In this document: positions 7,736 to 15,296 of the stretch, piece by piece
Numbering within the stretch: the first letter of the stretch is position 1
Layout: each line of letters opens with the position of its first letter
From: a virus
DNA: 31,339 nucleotides
Virus record (IMG/VR): IMGVR_UViG_3300045988_041366
Span: 1 to 31,339 of that record
Reading direction: 5' to 3' (one strand)
The notes under the pieces: generated by a model
Told to the model about the DNA's origin: nothing
Seen by the model: only the letters and a program-made list of their open reading frames with translations
Databases searched by the model: none
Translations under genes and position numbers: made by a program

Positions 7736-8587
7736 ATGAACGAAGTCACGGATAAAAATTACATAGTAATTCAAGCCTTTATGGTGTCAGAACTGGGCTT
7801 AAAGGGAAACGAACTGCTGATATATGCTATTATATTTAGCTTTTCACAGGCTACGGGACAGGCATTTCACGGCAGTTTGTCGTATCTCGAAAGCCGGATT
7901 AACGGCACGCGCCCCACGGTTATTGCGTGCCTTAAATCATTGGTAAAAAAAGGGCTGATAGAAAAAGAAGAACAGACGACAAACGGCGTTAAACTCTGTA
8001 GTTACCGCGTGTTAAATAATTTAGCAGACGGCGAGGAAGCCCCACAAGAGGCAGTAAAAAAATTTGACGAGGGTAGTGAAATTTCTTTACAAGGAGTAGT
8101 AAAAAATCTTAATGAAGGTGGTAAAGAAACTTTACACGAGGTAGTAAAAAATCTTAATGAAGGTAGTAAAGAAACTTTACATAATAATAAATATAATAAT
8201 AAAGTAGATAATAAAGTTGATAATAAAGTAGATAATAATATAGTCGAGAACTCCGAAAAGTATGACATGAAAGTCATAACAGAAATAGTCGACTATCTGA
8301 ATGAAAAAGCTCATAAGAATTACAGGTCTAACAACAAAACAACAATTAGACATATTAACGCAAGGCTGAAAGAGGGTCGAACCTTATCAGATTTTAAACA
8401 GGTGATAGACAATAGATGTGCAACATGGCTTGGTACAGACATGGAGCAATATCTGCGCCCGGAAACGCTGTTTGGCTCAAAATTCGAGAGCTACTTGAAT
8501 GCTCGTGCGCCAAAACGCAGAGGCTCAGATGGGCGACTATTAGGCGAAAAATCAAACGGATGGGAATTTGTATTTGGAGATGATTAA
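7736..8587 (+). CDS. Replisome organizer / replication initiation protein: N-terminal wHTH, repeat linker, conserved phage C-terminal (Phg_2220_C-like) domain
   Basis: RBS GGAGGG. The C-terminal region ITEIVDYLNEKAHKNYRSNNKTTIRHINARLKEGRTLSDFKQVID...YLRPETLFGSKFESYLN matches that domain from memory. Confidence 0.6.
   Translation: MNEVTDKNYIVIQAFMVSELGLKGNELLIYAIIFSFSQATGQAFHGSLSYLESRINGTRPTVIACLKSLVKKGLIEKEEQTTNGVKLCSYRVLNNLADGEEAPQEAVKKFDEGSEISLQGVVKNLNEGGKETLHEVVKNLNEGSKETLHNNKYNNKVDNKVDNKVDNNIVENSEKYDMKVITEIVDYLNEKAHKNYRSNNKTTIRHINARLKEGRTLSDFKQVIDNRCATWLGTDMEQYLRPETLFGSKFESYLNARAPKRRGSDGRLLGEKSNGWEFVFGDD
8051..8185 (+). repeat. Three tandem 45-bp units (15-aa repeats AVKKFDEGSEISLQG / VVKNLNEGGKETLHE / VVKNLNEGSKETLHN)
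   Basis: 8096-8140 and 8141-8182 are near-identical (one mismatch). 8051-8095 is a degenerate copy. Confidence 0.85.
8198..8233 (+). repeat. Three tandem 12-bp units (aataaagtRgat) within an AT-rich block at 8180-8243; candidate iterons
   Basis: aataaagtagat, aataaagttgat and aataaagtagat are read directly. They encode NKVDNKVDNKVD. Confidence 0.85.
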
Positions 8588-8588
8588 A

Positions 8589-9422
8589 ATGTTTGACGAG
8601 CTTATCAACGAGCTGGAGCAAAAATCAAAAGAAGCCGTCAAGACGAACGAGGGCGATTATATCGAAAACAATCTGCTGCACTGCGGCAAATGTCACACGC
8701 CGAAACAGTGCGAGGTCATTATCTGCGGCAAGCTTCGCCGTCCGTATTGTCTGTGTAAATGCGAGTCCGAGCGCGTGAAGGCAGAAGAGCAGGAAAAGAA
8801 ACAGCGCGAAAGAGAAGCGAGGATAGCCAAAAGGATAGAAATTGCGTTCGACGATTCGACGATGCGCGAAATGACTTTTGAAAAAGACGACAAGCTAAAT
8901 CCGAAGCTGTCAAACGCGTTTGAAAAGTATGTTGAAGACTTCGCGGCAATGCGCGACAGAGGACAGGGGCTTTTACTGTTCGGGGAAGTCGGATGCGGAA
9001 AGACCTATTATGCGGCGGCTATCGCAAACGCTTTACTTGATAAAGGCTATTCGGTCAGATTTACTAACTTCGCTCGAATAGCAAACGAACTCGGAGCAAC
9101 ATTCGACAAGCAGGATATATTCGACGAGTTAAACAGTTATAGTCTGCTGGTACTGGACGACCTTGCGGCAGAAAGAAAAACAGAGTATATGGCAGAAGTC
9201 GTTTACAATGTAATAGACGCAAGATATCGCGCAGGACTGCCGGTGATTATAACAACTAACCTGACGAGAGAAGAGCTGCTGTATCCAGCAACGATAACGG
9301 AGCGACGCATATATGACCGCATCCTCGAAAAGTGTGTGGCGGTAGAGGTAAAGAACGAAAACCGCAGGCAAAAGGATTTGGGCAAGAGTCAAAAAGAAAT
9401 GCGTGAATTTTTAGGATTATAA
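8589..9422 (+). CDS. DnaC/IstB-like AAA+ helicase loader with an N-terminal Cys cluster
   Basis: Walker A is LLLFGEVGCGKTYYA and Walker B is LLVLDDLAAE. The N-terminal region carries HCGKCH...CLCKC. The ATG at 8589 is better spaced from GGAGA; an alternative ATG lies at 8580. Confidence 0.75.
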   Translation: MFDELINELEQKSKEAVKTNEGDYIENNLLHCGKCHTPKQCEVIICGKLRRPYCLCKCESERVKAEEQEKKQREREARIAKRIEIAFDDSTMREMTFEKDDKLNPKLSNAFEKYVEDFAAMRDRGQGLLLFGEVGCGKTYYAAAIANALLDKGYSVRFTNFARIANELGATFDKQDIFDELNSYSLLVLDDLAAERKTEYMAEVVYNVIDARYRAGLPVIITTNLTREELLYPATITERRIYDRILEKCVAVEVKNENRRQKDLGKSQKEMREFLGL

Positions 9423-9424
9423 GC

Positions 9425-9463
9425 AAAAAAACTATTGACAAAAGCGGCGCGATGATATATAAT
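9425..9463 (+). promoter_or_regulatory. Perfect consensus promoter (cassette copy D)
   Basis: aaaaaaactaTTGACA (9435-9440), 17-nt spacer, TATAAT (9458-9463), then ATAG. Confidence 0.7.
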
Positions 9464-9485
9464 ATAGTAAAAGGAGGTAAACAAA

Positions 9486-9896
9486 ATGAAGATAGTTTTA
9501 GACGATGGAGCATACAAGCCCTACAAGGCACATCCCGAAGATGCAGGATTTGACATCATGTCAAGAGAGTGTCGGATAGTCCCGGCGCAGGGAAGCGCGA
9601 TATTTGACACAGGCGTACATATCGAGATACCGCAAGGGTTCGTCGGATTCCTCAAGAGCAAGAGCGGACTTAATGTCAAACACGGCATAACGAGCGAGGG
9701 CGTTATTGACGCGGGCTATACAGGCAGTATTTGCGTCAAGCTTTACAACAACACCCGGATTCCCTACATGGTCGAAAAGGGCGATAAGATATCGCAGCTC
9801 GTCATTTTGCCGATTTACAGCGACGAGCTTGAAGTCGTAGATAGTCTTGACGATACGGCACGCGGCAACAACGGATTCGGTTCAAGCGGGAGGTAA
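9486..9896 (+). CDS. dut: dUTP pyrophosphatase (trimeric dUTPase)
   Basis: AGFDI, GLNVKHGITSEGVIDAGYTGSI, the DKISQLVI motifs and the C-terminal ARGNNGFGSSGR are present. Confidence 0.9.
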   Translation: MKIVLDDGAYKPYKAHPEDAGFDIMSRECRIVPAQGSAIFDTGVHIEIPQGFVGFLKSKSGLNVKHGITSEGVIDAGYTGSICVKLYNNTRIPYMVEKGDKISQLVILPIYSDELEVVDSLDDTARGNNGFGSSGR

Positions 9897-9901
9897 ACAA
9901 G

Positions 9902-10066
9902 ATGAATGAAGATTACATGAAGCTCAAAGAGTTCGCACAAAATCGCCTCAACGATAGCTGCAGAAACGACGATGACTACGATATTAGATATTGGGGCGGC
10001 TATATCGACGGACTGAATGCGCTGCATAAGAAAATGGTAGGTGAAGAAGATGAAGTGCGCGATTGA
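9902..10066 (+). CDS. Small hypothetical protein (54 aa). Coding in the downstream stretch 10050-10207 is ambiguous.
   Basis: The ATG lies 5 nt after the GGGAGGTAA embedded in the dut 3' end. Two competing short ORFs follow: ATG 10050 (43 aa, RBS AGGTGA), and the same-frame continuation after TGA 10064-10066 (Cys-rich ...CRKNFTFLCKDCKKFVNYETYSYCEEYDG...). Confidence 0.4.
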   Translation: MNEDYMKLKEFAQNRLNDSCRNDDDYDIRYWGGYIDGLNALHKKMVGEEDEVRD

Positions 10067-10213
10067 AGCGTTGAAAGAGTGCATCTCTGCAGAAAAAATT
10101 TTACATTCCTTTGCAAGGATTGTAAAAAATTTGTCAATTACGAAACTTATAGCTATTGTGAAGAATATGACGGACTTGTGAAAGAGAACGCTATTGCAGC
10201 AGGATAAAAATAG

Positions 10214-10255
10214 ACGGCACGGGGCAATAACGGATTCGGCTCGAGCGGGAGGTAA
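10214..10255 (+). pseudogene. Remnant of a second dUTPase 3' end (encodes TARGNNGFGSSGR-stop)
   Basis: 38 of 42 nt are identical to 9855-9896, and all four differences are synonymous in the dut frame. Stops lie immediately upstream. Its GGGAGG serves as the RBS for the methyltransferase. Confidence 0.8.
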
Positions 10256-10258
10256 GAA

Positions 10259-11488
10259 ATGGATTGGAACAAAACGGTGACGAAAAGTGGAACGCCGATT
10301 AAGCTTTTAATTGGAGGTAGCCCTTGCACAAAGTGGAGCATAGCACAGAAAAACGGACGCGAAGTTCTGCCGGAAGGTATAGGTTGGGAGCTGTTCGAGA
10401 ACTATCGGATAGCGAAAGAGAAATTCCAGTCCGACATTTTCTTATATGAGAATAACAAGTCGGCAGCTCAGCCCATAAAAGACGCGATTTATTCTGCCCT
10501 TGGAGGGGGCAAAGACTCATCAGTTCGGCTTACGCACATAAACAGTGCGTTGGTTTCGGCGCAACATCGTGAGAGGTTTTATGTTACGAATTTTGGCGAT
10601 ATAGAACAGCCGGAAGATAGAGGAATCTTGTTACGTGATGTGCTTGAGACTGATTGGGCTACCGGGCGGGATAATTATTATTGGCTTGGGTCGGTTGTAC
10701 CAGTCAATACGACCGCCGACGGCAAAGCAAGGACTGTTAAAGCGCAGTATTATAAAAGCGGGATGGCTAACTTTGTTACAAATGGCGGGTATTCCGCAAC
10801 CGCTGTTGCAACGCCGATACGCATAGGAACTATAGAGAGCAATGCAAAGAATAAGTCGCACGACAGCAAACAATATCGTGTATATAGTCCCGACGGAAAA
10901 GCAACTACGCTTTGTGGACAAGGTGGCGGAGTCGGCGCAAAAACTGGATCGTATGCCTGCCCCACAAACGAAATTGACGGCAAGCCAATATATATGGTTA
11001 AGAATGGACTAATAACCATTAAGGACAAACAATACCCGATTAAGCTCGCCGATGGCTATTACCTTATACGAAAGCTTACGCCTACAGAATGCGAGAGATT
11101 GCAGACCATGCCGGACGGCTACACTGCCGCAGTAAGTAACAGCCAAAGATATAAAGCTCTCGGCAACGGATGGACGGCAGAAGTTATTATACATATCTTG
11201 AATCATGCTCTTAAAGATGTCCCGAGAGACAAAGAGCTTGTAGTCCTGTCTATGTACGACGGCATAGCAACTGGTCGGTATTGCCTGGATAAAATGGGCT
11301 TTACGAATGTTAAGTATTATGCCTATGAAATAGACCCCTATGCGATAAAGATAGCGATGTCAAACTATCCCGATATCATCCAGTTAGACTGGGACGGTGA
11401 AACGGTGTTTGTGCGGGGCGAATTCAAAGATTTGTGTCCGATGTGCATGGAAAAGCTAATGAAATGGTTTGAAAGCGAGGATGATTAA
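10259..11488 (+). CDS. DNA (cytosine-5) methyltransferase with circularly permuted motif order (IV, VI, VIII, TRD, IX, X, then I, II, III)
   Basis: Motif IV is LLIGGSPCTKWS (aa 16-27). Motif VI is FLYENNKS (aa 61-68). Motif VIII is INSALVSAQHRERFYVTN (aa 94-111). Motifs IX and X are RKLTPTECERLQTMPDGYT and RYKALGNGWTAEVIIHIL. Only then come motif I VVLSMYDGIATG (about aa 328-339) and motifs II/III YAYEIDPYAIKIAMSNYPDIIQL. Confidence 0.75.
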   Translation: MDWNKTVTKSGTPIKLLIGGSPCTKWSIAQKNGREVLPEGIGWELFENYRIAKEKFQSDIFLYENNKSAAQPIKDAIYSALGGGKDSSVRLTHINSALVSAQHRERFYVTNFGDIEQPEDRGILLRDVLETDWATGRDNYYWLGSVVPVNTTADGKARTVKAQYYKSGMANFVTNGGYSATAVATPIRIGTIESNAKNKSHDSKQYRVYSPDGKATTLCGQGGGVGAKTGSYACPTNEIDGKPIYMVKNGLITIKDKQYPIKLADGYYLIRKLTPTECERLQTMPDGYTAAVSNSQRYKALGNGWTAEVIIHILNHALKDVPRDKELVVLSMYDGIATGRYCLDKMGFTNVKYYAYEIDPYAIKIAMSNYPDIIQLDWDGETVFVRGEFKDLCPMCMEKLMKWFESEDD

Positions 11489-11917
11489 ATGGCTGATGCA
11501 GACAGATGCGTCTGTTGTGACGCGATAATTCCCGAGGGACGACAGATATGTCCGCAATGTGAGCGCAAAAGATATATATACACTATCCCCGATATCCCAC
11601 CGTCGTTAAACAAGTTCGCGGGGCGTGAAAATGTATGGGCTTACAGAGCGGACAAAAAGCAGTGGCAAGCCCTTTGCGCGGTGTACTGCCGCCCGAAGCC
11701 CGACATTCCGATAAAAAAGTGCGTTGTCAGAATTACATACTTTTTCCGCACAAGGCAACGGCACGACCCGGACAATTACAACGGCAAGTTCATCCTTGAC
11801 GGCTTGCGGGAAGCCGGGATAATCGAAGATGACAGCTTTTCAAATGTCGAGCTTCAGCTCTGCGGCAGCTATGACAAAGAAAACCCGAGAACAGAAATAA
11901 TGATAATGGAGGAATAA
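11489..11917 (+). CDS. rusA: RusA-family Holliday junction resolvase with an N-terminal zinc ribbon
   Basis: CVCCDAIIPEGRQICPQC is followed by IPPSLNKF...RHDPDNYNGKFILDGLREAGIIEDDS (RusA catalytic Asp region). Confidence 0.7.
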   Translation: MADADRCVCCDAIIPEGRQICPQCERKRYIYTIPDIPPSLNKFAGRENVWAYRADKKQWQALCAVYCRPKPDIPIKKCVVRITYFFRTRQRHDPDNYNGKFILDGLREAGIIEDDSFSNVELQLCGSYDKENPRTEIMIMEE

Positions 11918-11919
11918 CA

Positions 11920-12294
11920 ATGCACGAAACAAGAGATGCAGCGCGTGAGCTGCGAATGCAGGGCTTAACCTTTGCAGAAATAGGCAAAAGGCTTGGAGTG
12001 TCAAAACAGAGAATCGCACAGTGTTGCGCAGGAATGAACCCCGAAGCAACGGCTTGGGCTTGCCGCATAAAAGACCTCGACTGCATAATTTACCCAAATC
12101 TTAAAAAGTGGATGCTGGAAAACAAAGTATCAATATCTGAGATGATGCGCAGAACAGGACAGGACACAGGGAGCAGGCGTTCTGAAAGCTTCAGAAACAA
12201 ACTAAAGGGAAGAACGCAACTGACAATAACCGATATAAAAAAAATACTCGCCGTGACTGGCGGAACTTTTGAACAAATGTTCACAACTGATTGA
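11920..12294 (+). CDS. HTH DNA-binding protein (sigma-70 region 4 / LuxR-like HTH, then a second HTH-like segment); candidate transcriptional regulator
   Basis: RBS GGAGGA. LRMQGLTFAEIGKRLGVSKQRIAQ is present. The gene ends inside the -35 of the next promoter. Confidence 0.5.
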   Translation: MHETRDAARELRMQGLTFAEIGKRLGVSKQRIAQCCAGMNPEATAWACRIKDLDCIIYPNLKKWMLENKVSISEMMRRTGQDTGSRRSESFRNKLKGRTQLTITDIKKILAVTGGTFEQMFTTD

Positions 12295-12319
12295 TTTTTA
12301 TTGCTGGTTATGATATAAT
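12291..12319 (+). promoter_or_regulatory. Extended -10 promoter (TTGATT-17-TGaTATAAT)
   Basis: TTGATT lies at 12291-12296, TG at 12311-12312 and TATAAT at 12314-12319. Confidence 0.6.
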
Positions 12320-12337
12320 ATTATGCGGAGGGATATT

Positions 12338-12925
12338 ATGCAGATAATACAGAAAAAGCTTGCGGACATTGTGCCGTATGCAAACAACACAAAGAAGCAC
12401 GACGAGACGCAGATTAAAAATGTCGCGGAAAGCATCAAGAAATACGGCTGGGTTCAACCGCTTGTCATAGACGACGACGGAACAATCGTTATCGGTCACT
12501 GCCGCGCCCTTGCAGCTGAGAAGCTGGGAATGGAAGAAGTGCCTTGCGTAGTGGTTAGCGACCTGACGGAAGAAGAAATAAACGCTCTGAGAATCGTTGA
12601 CAACAAGACGAACGAAAGCCCGTGGGACTTTGACTTGTTGAGTGCGGAGCTGCCTGAAATTGATTTAAGCGATTTTGAGTTTGATTTTGACTTTGGCGGG
12701 GAGAATTATTCACCCGATGACTTTGGAGAAGATTTTAGTCTTGCAGACGGTGAAAAGCCGGAAATTTGTCAAATGACATTTACTCTGCACACGCGGCAGA
12801 AAGAACTTATCGAGTACGCTATTCAACAGGTGAAAGAAAGCGTTTCAGAAACCTTTGGAAACACGAACGCAAACGGCAACGGGTTGTACGAGGTGGTAAG
12901 ACAATGGGCAGAGCAAAAGAAATAA
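12338..12925 (+). CDS. ParB N-terminal (ParB/Srx nuclease-like) domain protein with an acidic linker
   Basis: RBS GGAGGG. LADIVPYANNTKKHDETQIKNVAESIKKYGWVQPLVIDDDGTIVIGHCRALAAEKLGMEEVPCVV..LTEEEINALRIVDN matches the ParBc pattern usually fused to phage methylases. Confidence 0.7.
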   Translation: MQIIQKKLADIVPYANNTKKHDETQIKNVAESIKKYGWVQPLVIDDDGTIVIGHCRALAAEKLGMEEVPCVVVSDLTEEEINALRIVDNKTNESPWDFDLLSAELPEIDLSDFEFDFDFGGENYSPDDFGEDFSLADGEKPEICQMTFTLHTRQKELIEYAIQQVKESVSETFGNTNANGNGLYEVVRQWAEQKK

Positions 12926-13365
12926 TAGTGAAGGTCATTCCAGCGAAAATCGCAGTGCCGTTTATAAAGAAAAACCATTATAGCGGCAAAGTTGTAAATA
13001 ACAGTTGTCTCCATTTCGGCGCGTTCCTTGACGGGAAGCTGCACGGCGTGATGTCATTCGGTCCAAGTTTGGACAAGGCGAAAATGCAGGGACTTGTAAC
13101 TGGAACAGGCTGGAACGAGTTTTTGGAGTTAAACCGAATGGCGTTCGACGATTACCTGCCTCGCAACGCGGAAAGCTATTGCATAGGAAAATGTATGCGA
13201 CTAATCAAAAAAAACGCGCCGCAAATTAAATGGGTTGTATCGTTTGCTGATGCGTGTTCTTGTGGCGACGGAACGATATACCGCGCAAGCAATTTTGTTC
13301 TTACGGACATAAAGCCCAACAATAATTTAGTCTTGCTTCCCAGCGGGGAAAAATTCACAAAATGA
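12904..13365 (+). CDS. Mom-family (GNAT-like DNA adenine modification) protein, N-terminal part; interrupted by a frameshift
   Basis: ATG at 12904 lies after GAGGTGG. KKNHYSGK...FGAFLDGKLHGVMSFG...ELNRMAF...PRNAESYCIG...WVVSFADACSCGDGTIYRASNF matches my memory of the Mom-family pattern (HHY, ELNR, N.ES, SyAD, G.IY.AsN). Confidence 0.6.
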   Translation: MGRAKEIIVKVIPAKIAVPFIKKNHYSGKVVNNSCLHFGAFLDGKLHGVMSFGPSLDKAKMQGLVTGTGWNEFLELNRMAFDDYLPRNAESYCIGKCMRLIKKNAPQIKWVVSFADACSCGDGTIYRASNFVLTDIKPNNNLVLLPSGEKFTK

Positions 13366-13685
13366 CGCTGGAAAGCAACCCCACATCGCCGCGGAAAGAA
13401 CTTGGTGGGCGGTGCTACTATGATATAACGGGCGGGAAATTTGATTTTAAAAAATATATAGACTATGTTCATGGCGAGGTGCTGCGTGGCTATCAGCTGC
13501 GGTATGTCTATTTTATTGACAAAAAATGCATAAAGAATTTAAATGCCCCGATTATTCCGTTTTCAAAAATAGACGAAATCGGAGCTGGTATGTATAGGGG
13601 CGAGAAAGTTTCCCAGCAAAAGCGGCATGAAATCAAAACCCCACAAGCGGGGGAGAATGAAAACAAGGAGAGCGTGAATGCTTAA
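13362..13685 (+). CDS. Mom-family protein, C-terminal part in the -1 frame
   Basis: It overlaps the upstream stop (ACA AAA TGA / ATG). The combined length of about 260 aa fits the family, and ...GYQLRYVYFIDKK is like the family C-terminus. Confidence 0.5.
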   Translation: MTLESNPTSPRKELGGRCYYDITGGKFDFKKYIDYVHGEVLRGYQLRYVYFIDKKCIKNLNAPIIPFSKIDEIGAGMYRGEKVSQQKRHEIKTPQAGENENKESVNA

Positions 13686-13741
13686 AAGAATAGCAAAGGC
13701 ACTTGAAATATGTGCTAAAATAAGCCTTGCGAGGTGATAAT

Positions 13742-14077
13742 ATGGCGAAGAAAATGCCGGAGGGCAGACCGTTCACAACAGAAACGGCTAAAGAGTGCGG
13801 ACACAACGGCGGGAAAGCGTCAGGGGAAGCGAAACGCAAAAAGAAGCTTTTAAAGGACTGCCTGAATGAACTTTTGGCAAGCGAAATCACTGACAAAAAC
13901 GGAGTGACGAGAACTGGAAGCGAAGCTGCTGCCGTTACGCTGTGGAAAAAGTTTATGAAAACGGGAGACCCGCGAATCTTTGAAGTGATACGCGATACGG
14001 CAGGAGAAAAACCCGTGGATAAAGTGGAGCAGGTCACAGAGATAAAAGTGGACTGGGAAGATGAAGATAACGATTAA
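13742..14077 (+). CDS. Putative small terminase subunit
   Basis: It lies directly upstream of and overlaps the large terminase. It is basic with a helical N-terminus (RPFTTETAKECGHNGGKASGEAKRKKK). RBS GAGGTG. Confidence 0.4.
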   Translation: MAKKMPEGRPFTTETAKECGHNGGKASGEAKRKKKLLKDCLNELLASEITDKNGVTRTGSEAAAVTLWKKFMKTGDPRIFEVIRDTAGEKPVDKVEQVTEIKVDWEDEDND

Positions 14078-15287
14078 CAAAAAAGGAATATTGCCGTGCT
14101 ACTTGCCGTATATAAGAGACTATAAAACGCGAGTCAATGTTTTTTACGGCGGCGCAGGCTCAGGCAAGTCATATTTTGTTATGCAGAAAATCATCTTGAA
14201 AGCGTTAGACAGTCAAAGAAAAGTTTTGATTGTGCGAAAGGTCGGAGCAACGCTAAAAGAAAGCGTATGGTCGTTGACGCTGGAACTCATACACACAGGC
14301 GGGCTTACTCCGACAGTAAAGCAAATCAACAAATCAGACTTAACAATAGAGTTTCTGAACGGAAGCGTCCTGCTGTTCAAGGGCTTGGACGATAGCGAAA
14401 AAATCAAATCTATCAACGGAATAACAGACATAGTGATAGAAGAGGCAACAGAGATAACGCTTGACGACTTCACACAGTTAAACCTCCGTTTGAGGTCAAA
14501 AAAGCCTAATAATCAGATACACTTGATGTTCAATCCCGTGTCAAAAGCTAACTGGGTATACAAGTACTTCTTTGAAACGAAGCCCGACAACTGCGTGATA
14601 GTCCAAACAACATATAAAGACAATCCGCACCTGCCGAAAGAGTATGTTGATTCGCTTCACGCACTGGAAAACAAAAATCCCGCCTATTACAAAATATATG
14701 TGCGCGGAGAATTCGCAACGCTTGATAAATTGGTGTTCCCGGTTATTCAAAAGCGCATAATCAGCGAGGACGAATTAACAGACGCATGGTTTTGGGCTGG
14801 AATGGACTTCGGATATACAAACGACCCGACGGCGATCACTTGGGGCTATTACAATCCCGTTCAAAATGACTTGTATATTACCGGGGAATATGATAAAATA
14901 GGGATGACAAATGATGTTATTGCGGAAACGCTTGTATCACTGGGCTTGAGCAAAGAAAAGATTGTTGCGGATAGCGCAGAACCGAAGTCAATAACAGAAT
15001 TGAGAAACCTTGGAATAAAAAGAATCATAGCCAGTGTAAAAGGCGCGGACAGTGTAAAGAACGGAATCGACAGAATGCAAAGGTGCAATATCATCATTGA
15101 CGAACGCTGCACGAAGACGATAGAAGAGTTTGAAAATTACACTTGGCAGAAAGATAGAAAGACAGGCGAATACATCAATCAGCCTGTTGACAGTTACAAT
15201 CACCATATCGACTCAATAAGATATGGCATACAAACGGTCATAAACAAGAAGCGCGGAAAAACCGCCGAATATAAATCAATATTGTGA
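14061..15287 (+). CDS. terL: Terminase large subunit (PBSX/Terminase_3-like)
   Basis: Walker A is VFYGGAGSGKS. IVIEEATE is Walker B-like. The C-terminal nuclease region has MDFGYTNDPTA and HHIDSIRY. Confidence 0.85.
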   Translation: MKITINKKGILPCYLPYIRDYKTRVNVFYGGAGSGKSYFVMQKIILKALDSQRKVLIVRKVGATLKESVWSLTLELIHTGGLTPTVKQINKSDLTIEFLNGSVLLFKGLDDSEKIKSINGITDIVIEEATEITLDDFTQLNLRLRSKKPNNQIHLMFNPVSKANWVYKYFFETKPDNCVIVQTTYKDNPHLPKEYVDSLHALENKNPAYYKIYVRGEFATLDKLVFPVIQKRIISEDELTDAWFWAGMDFGYTNDPTAITWGYYNPVQNDLYITGEYDKIGMTNDVIAETLVSLGLSKEKIVADSAEPKSITELRNLGIKRIIASVKGADSVKNGIDRMQRCNIIIDERCTKTIEEFENYTWQKDRKTGEYINQPVDSYNHHIDSIRYGIQTVINKKRGKTAEYKSIL

Positions 15288-15296
15288 GGGAGAAAT

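Noticed and set aside
10064-10066. The in-frame TGA between two protein-like segments, as possible evidence for stop-codon reassignment (code 4).
   Set aside because: TGA clearly terminates many well-delimited genes here, for example at 603, 3446, 6524-region overlaps, 12294, 13365, 18179, 20900, 22324, 23882 and 26370. Recoding across the genome is therefore not supported.
13686-13741. Short imperfect inverted repeats upstream of the small terminase gene, as a possible pac or cos site.
   Set aside because: The stems are only 4-6 bp and have mismatches. Nothing distinguishes them from chance without read-terminus data.
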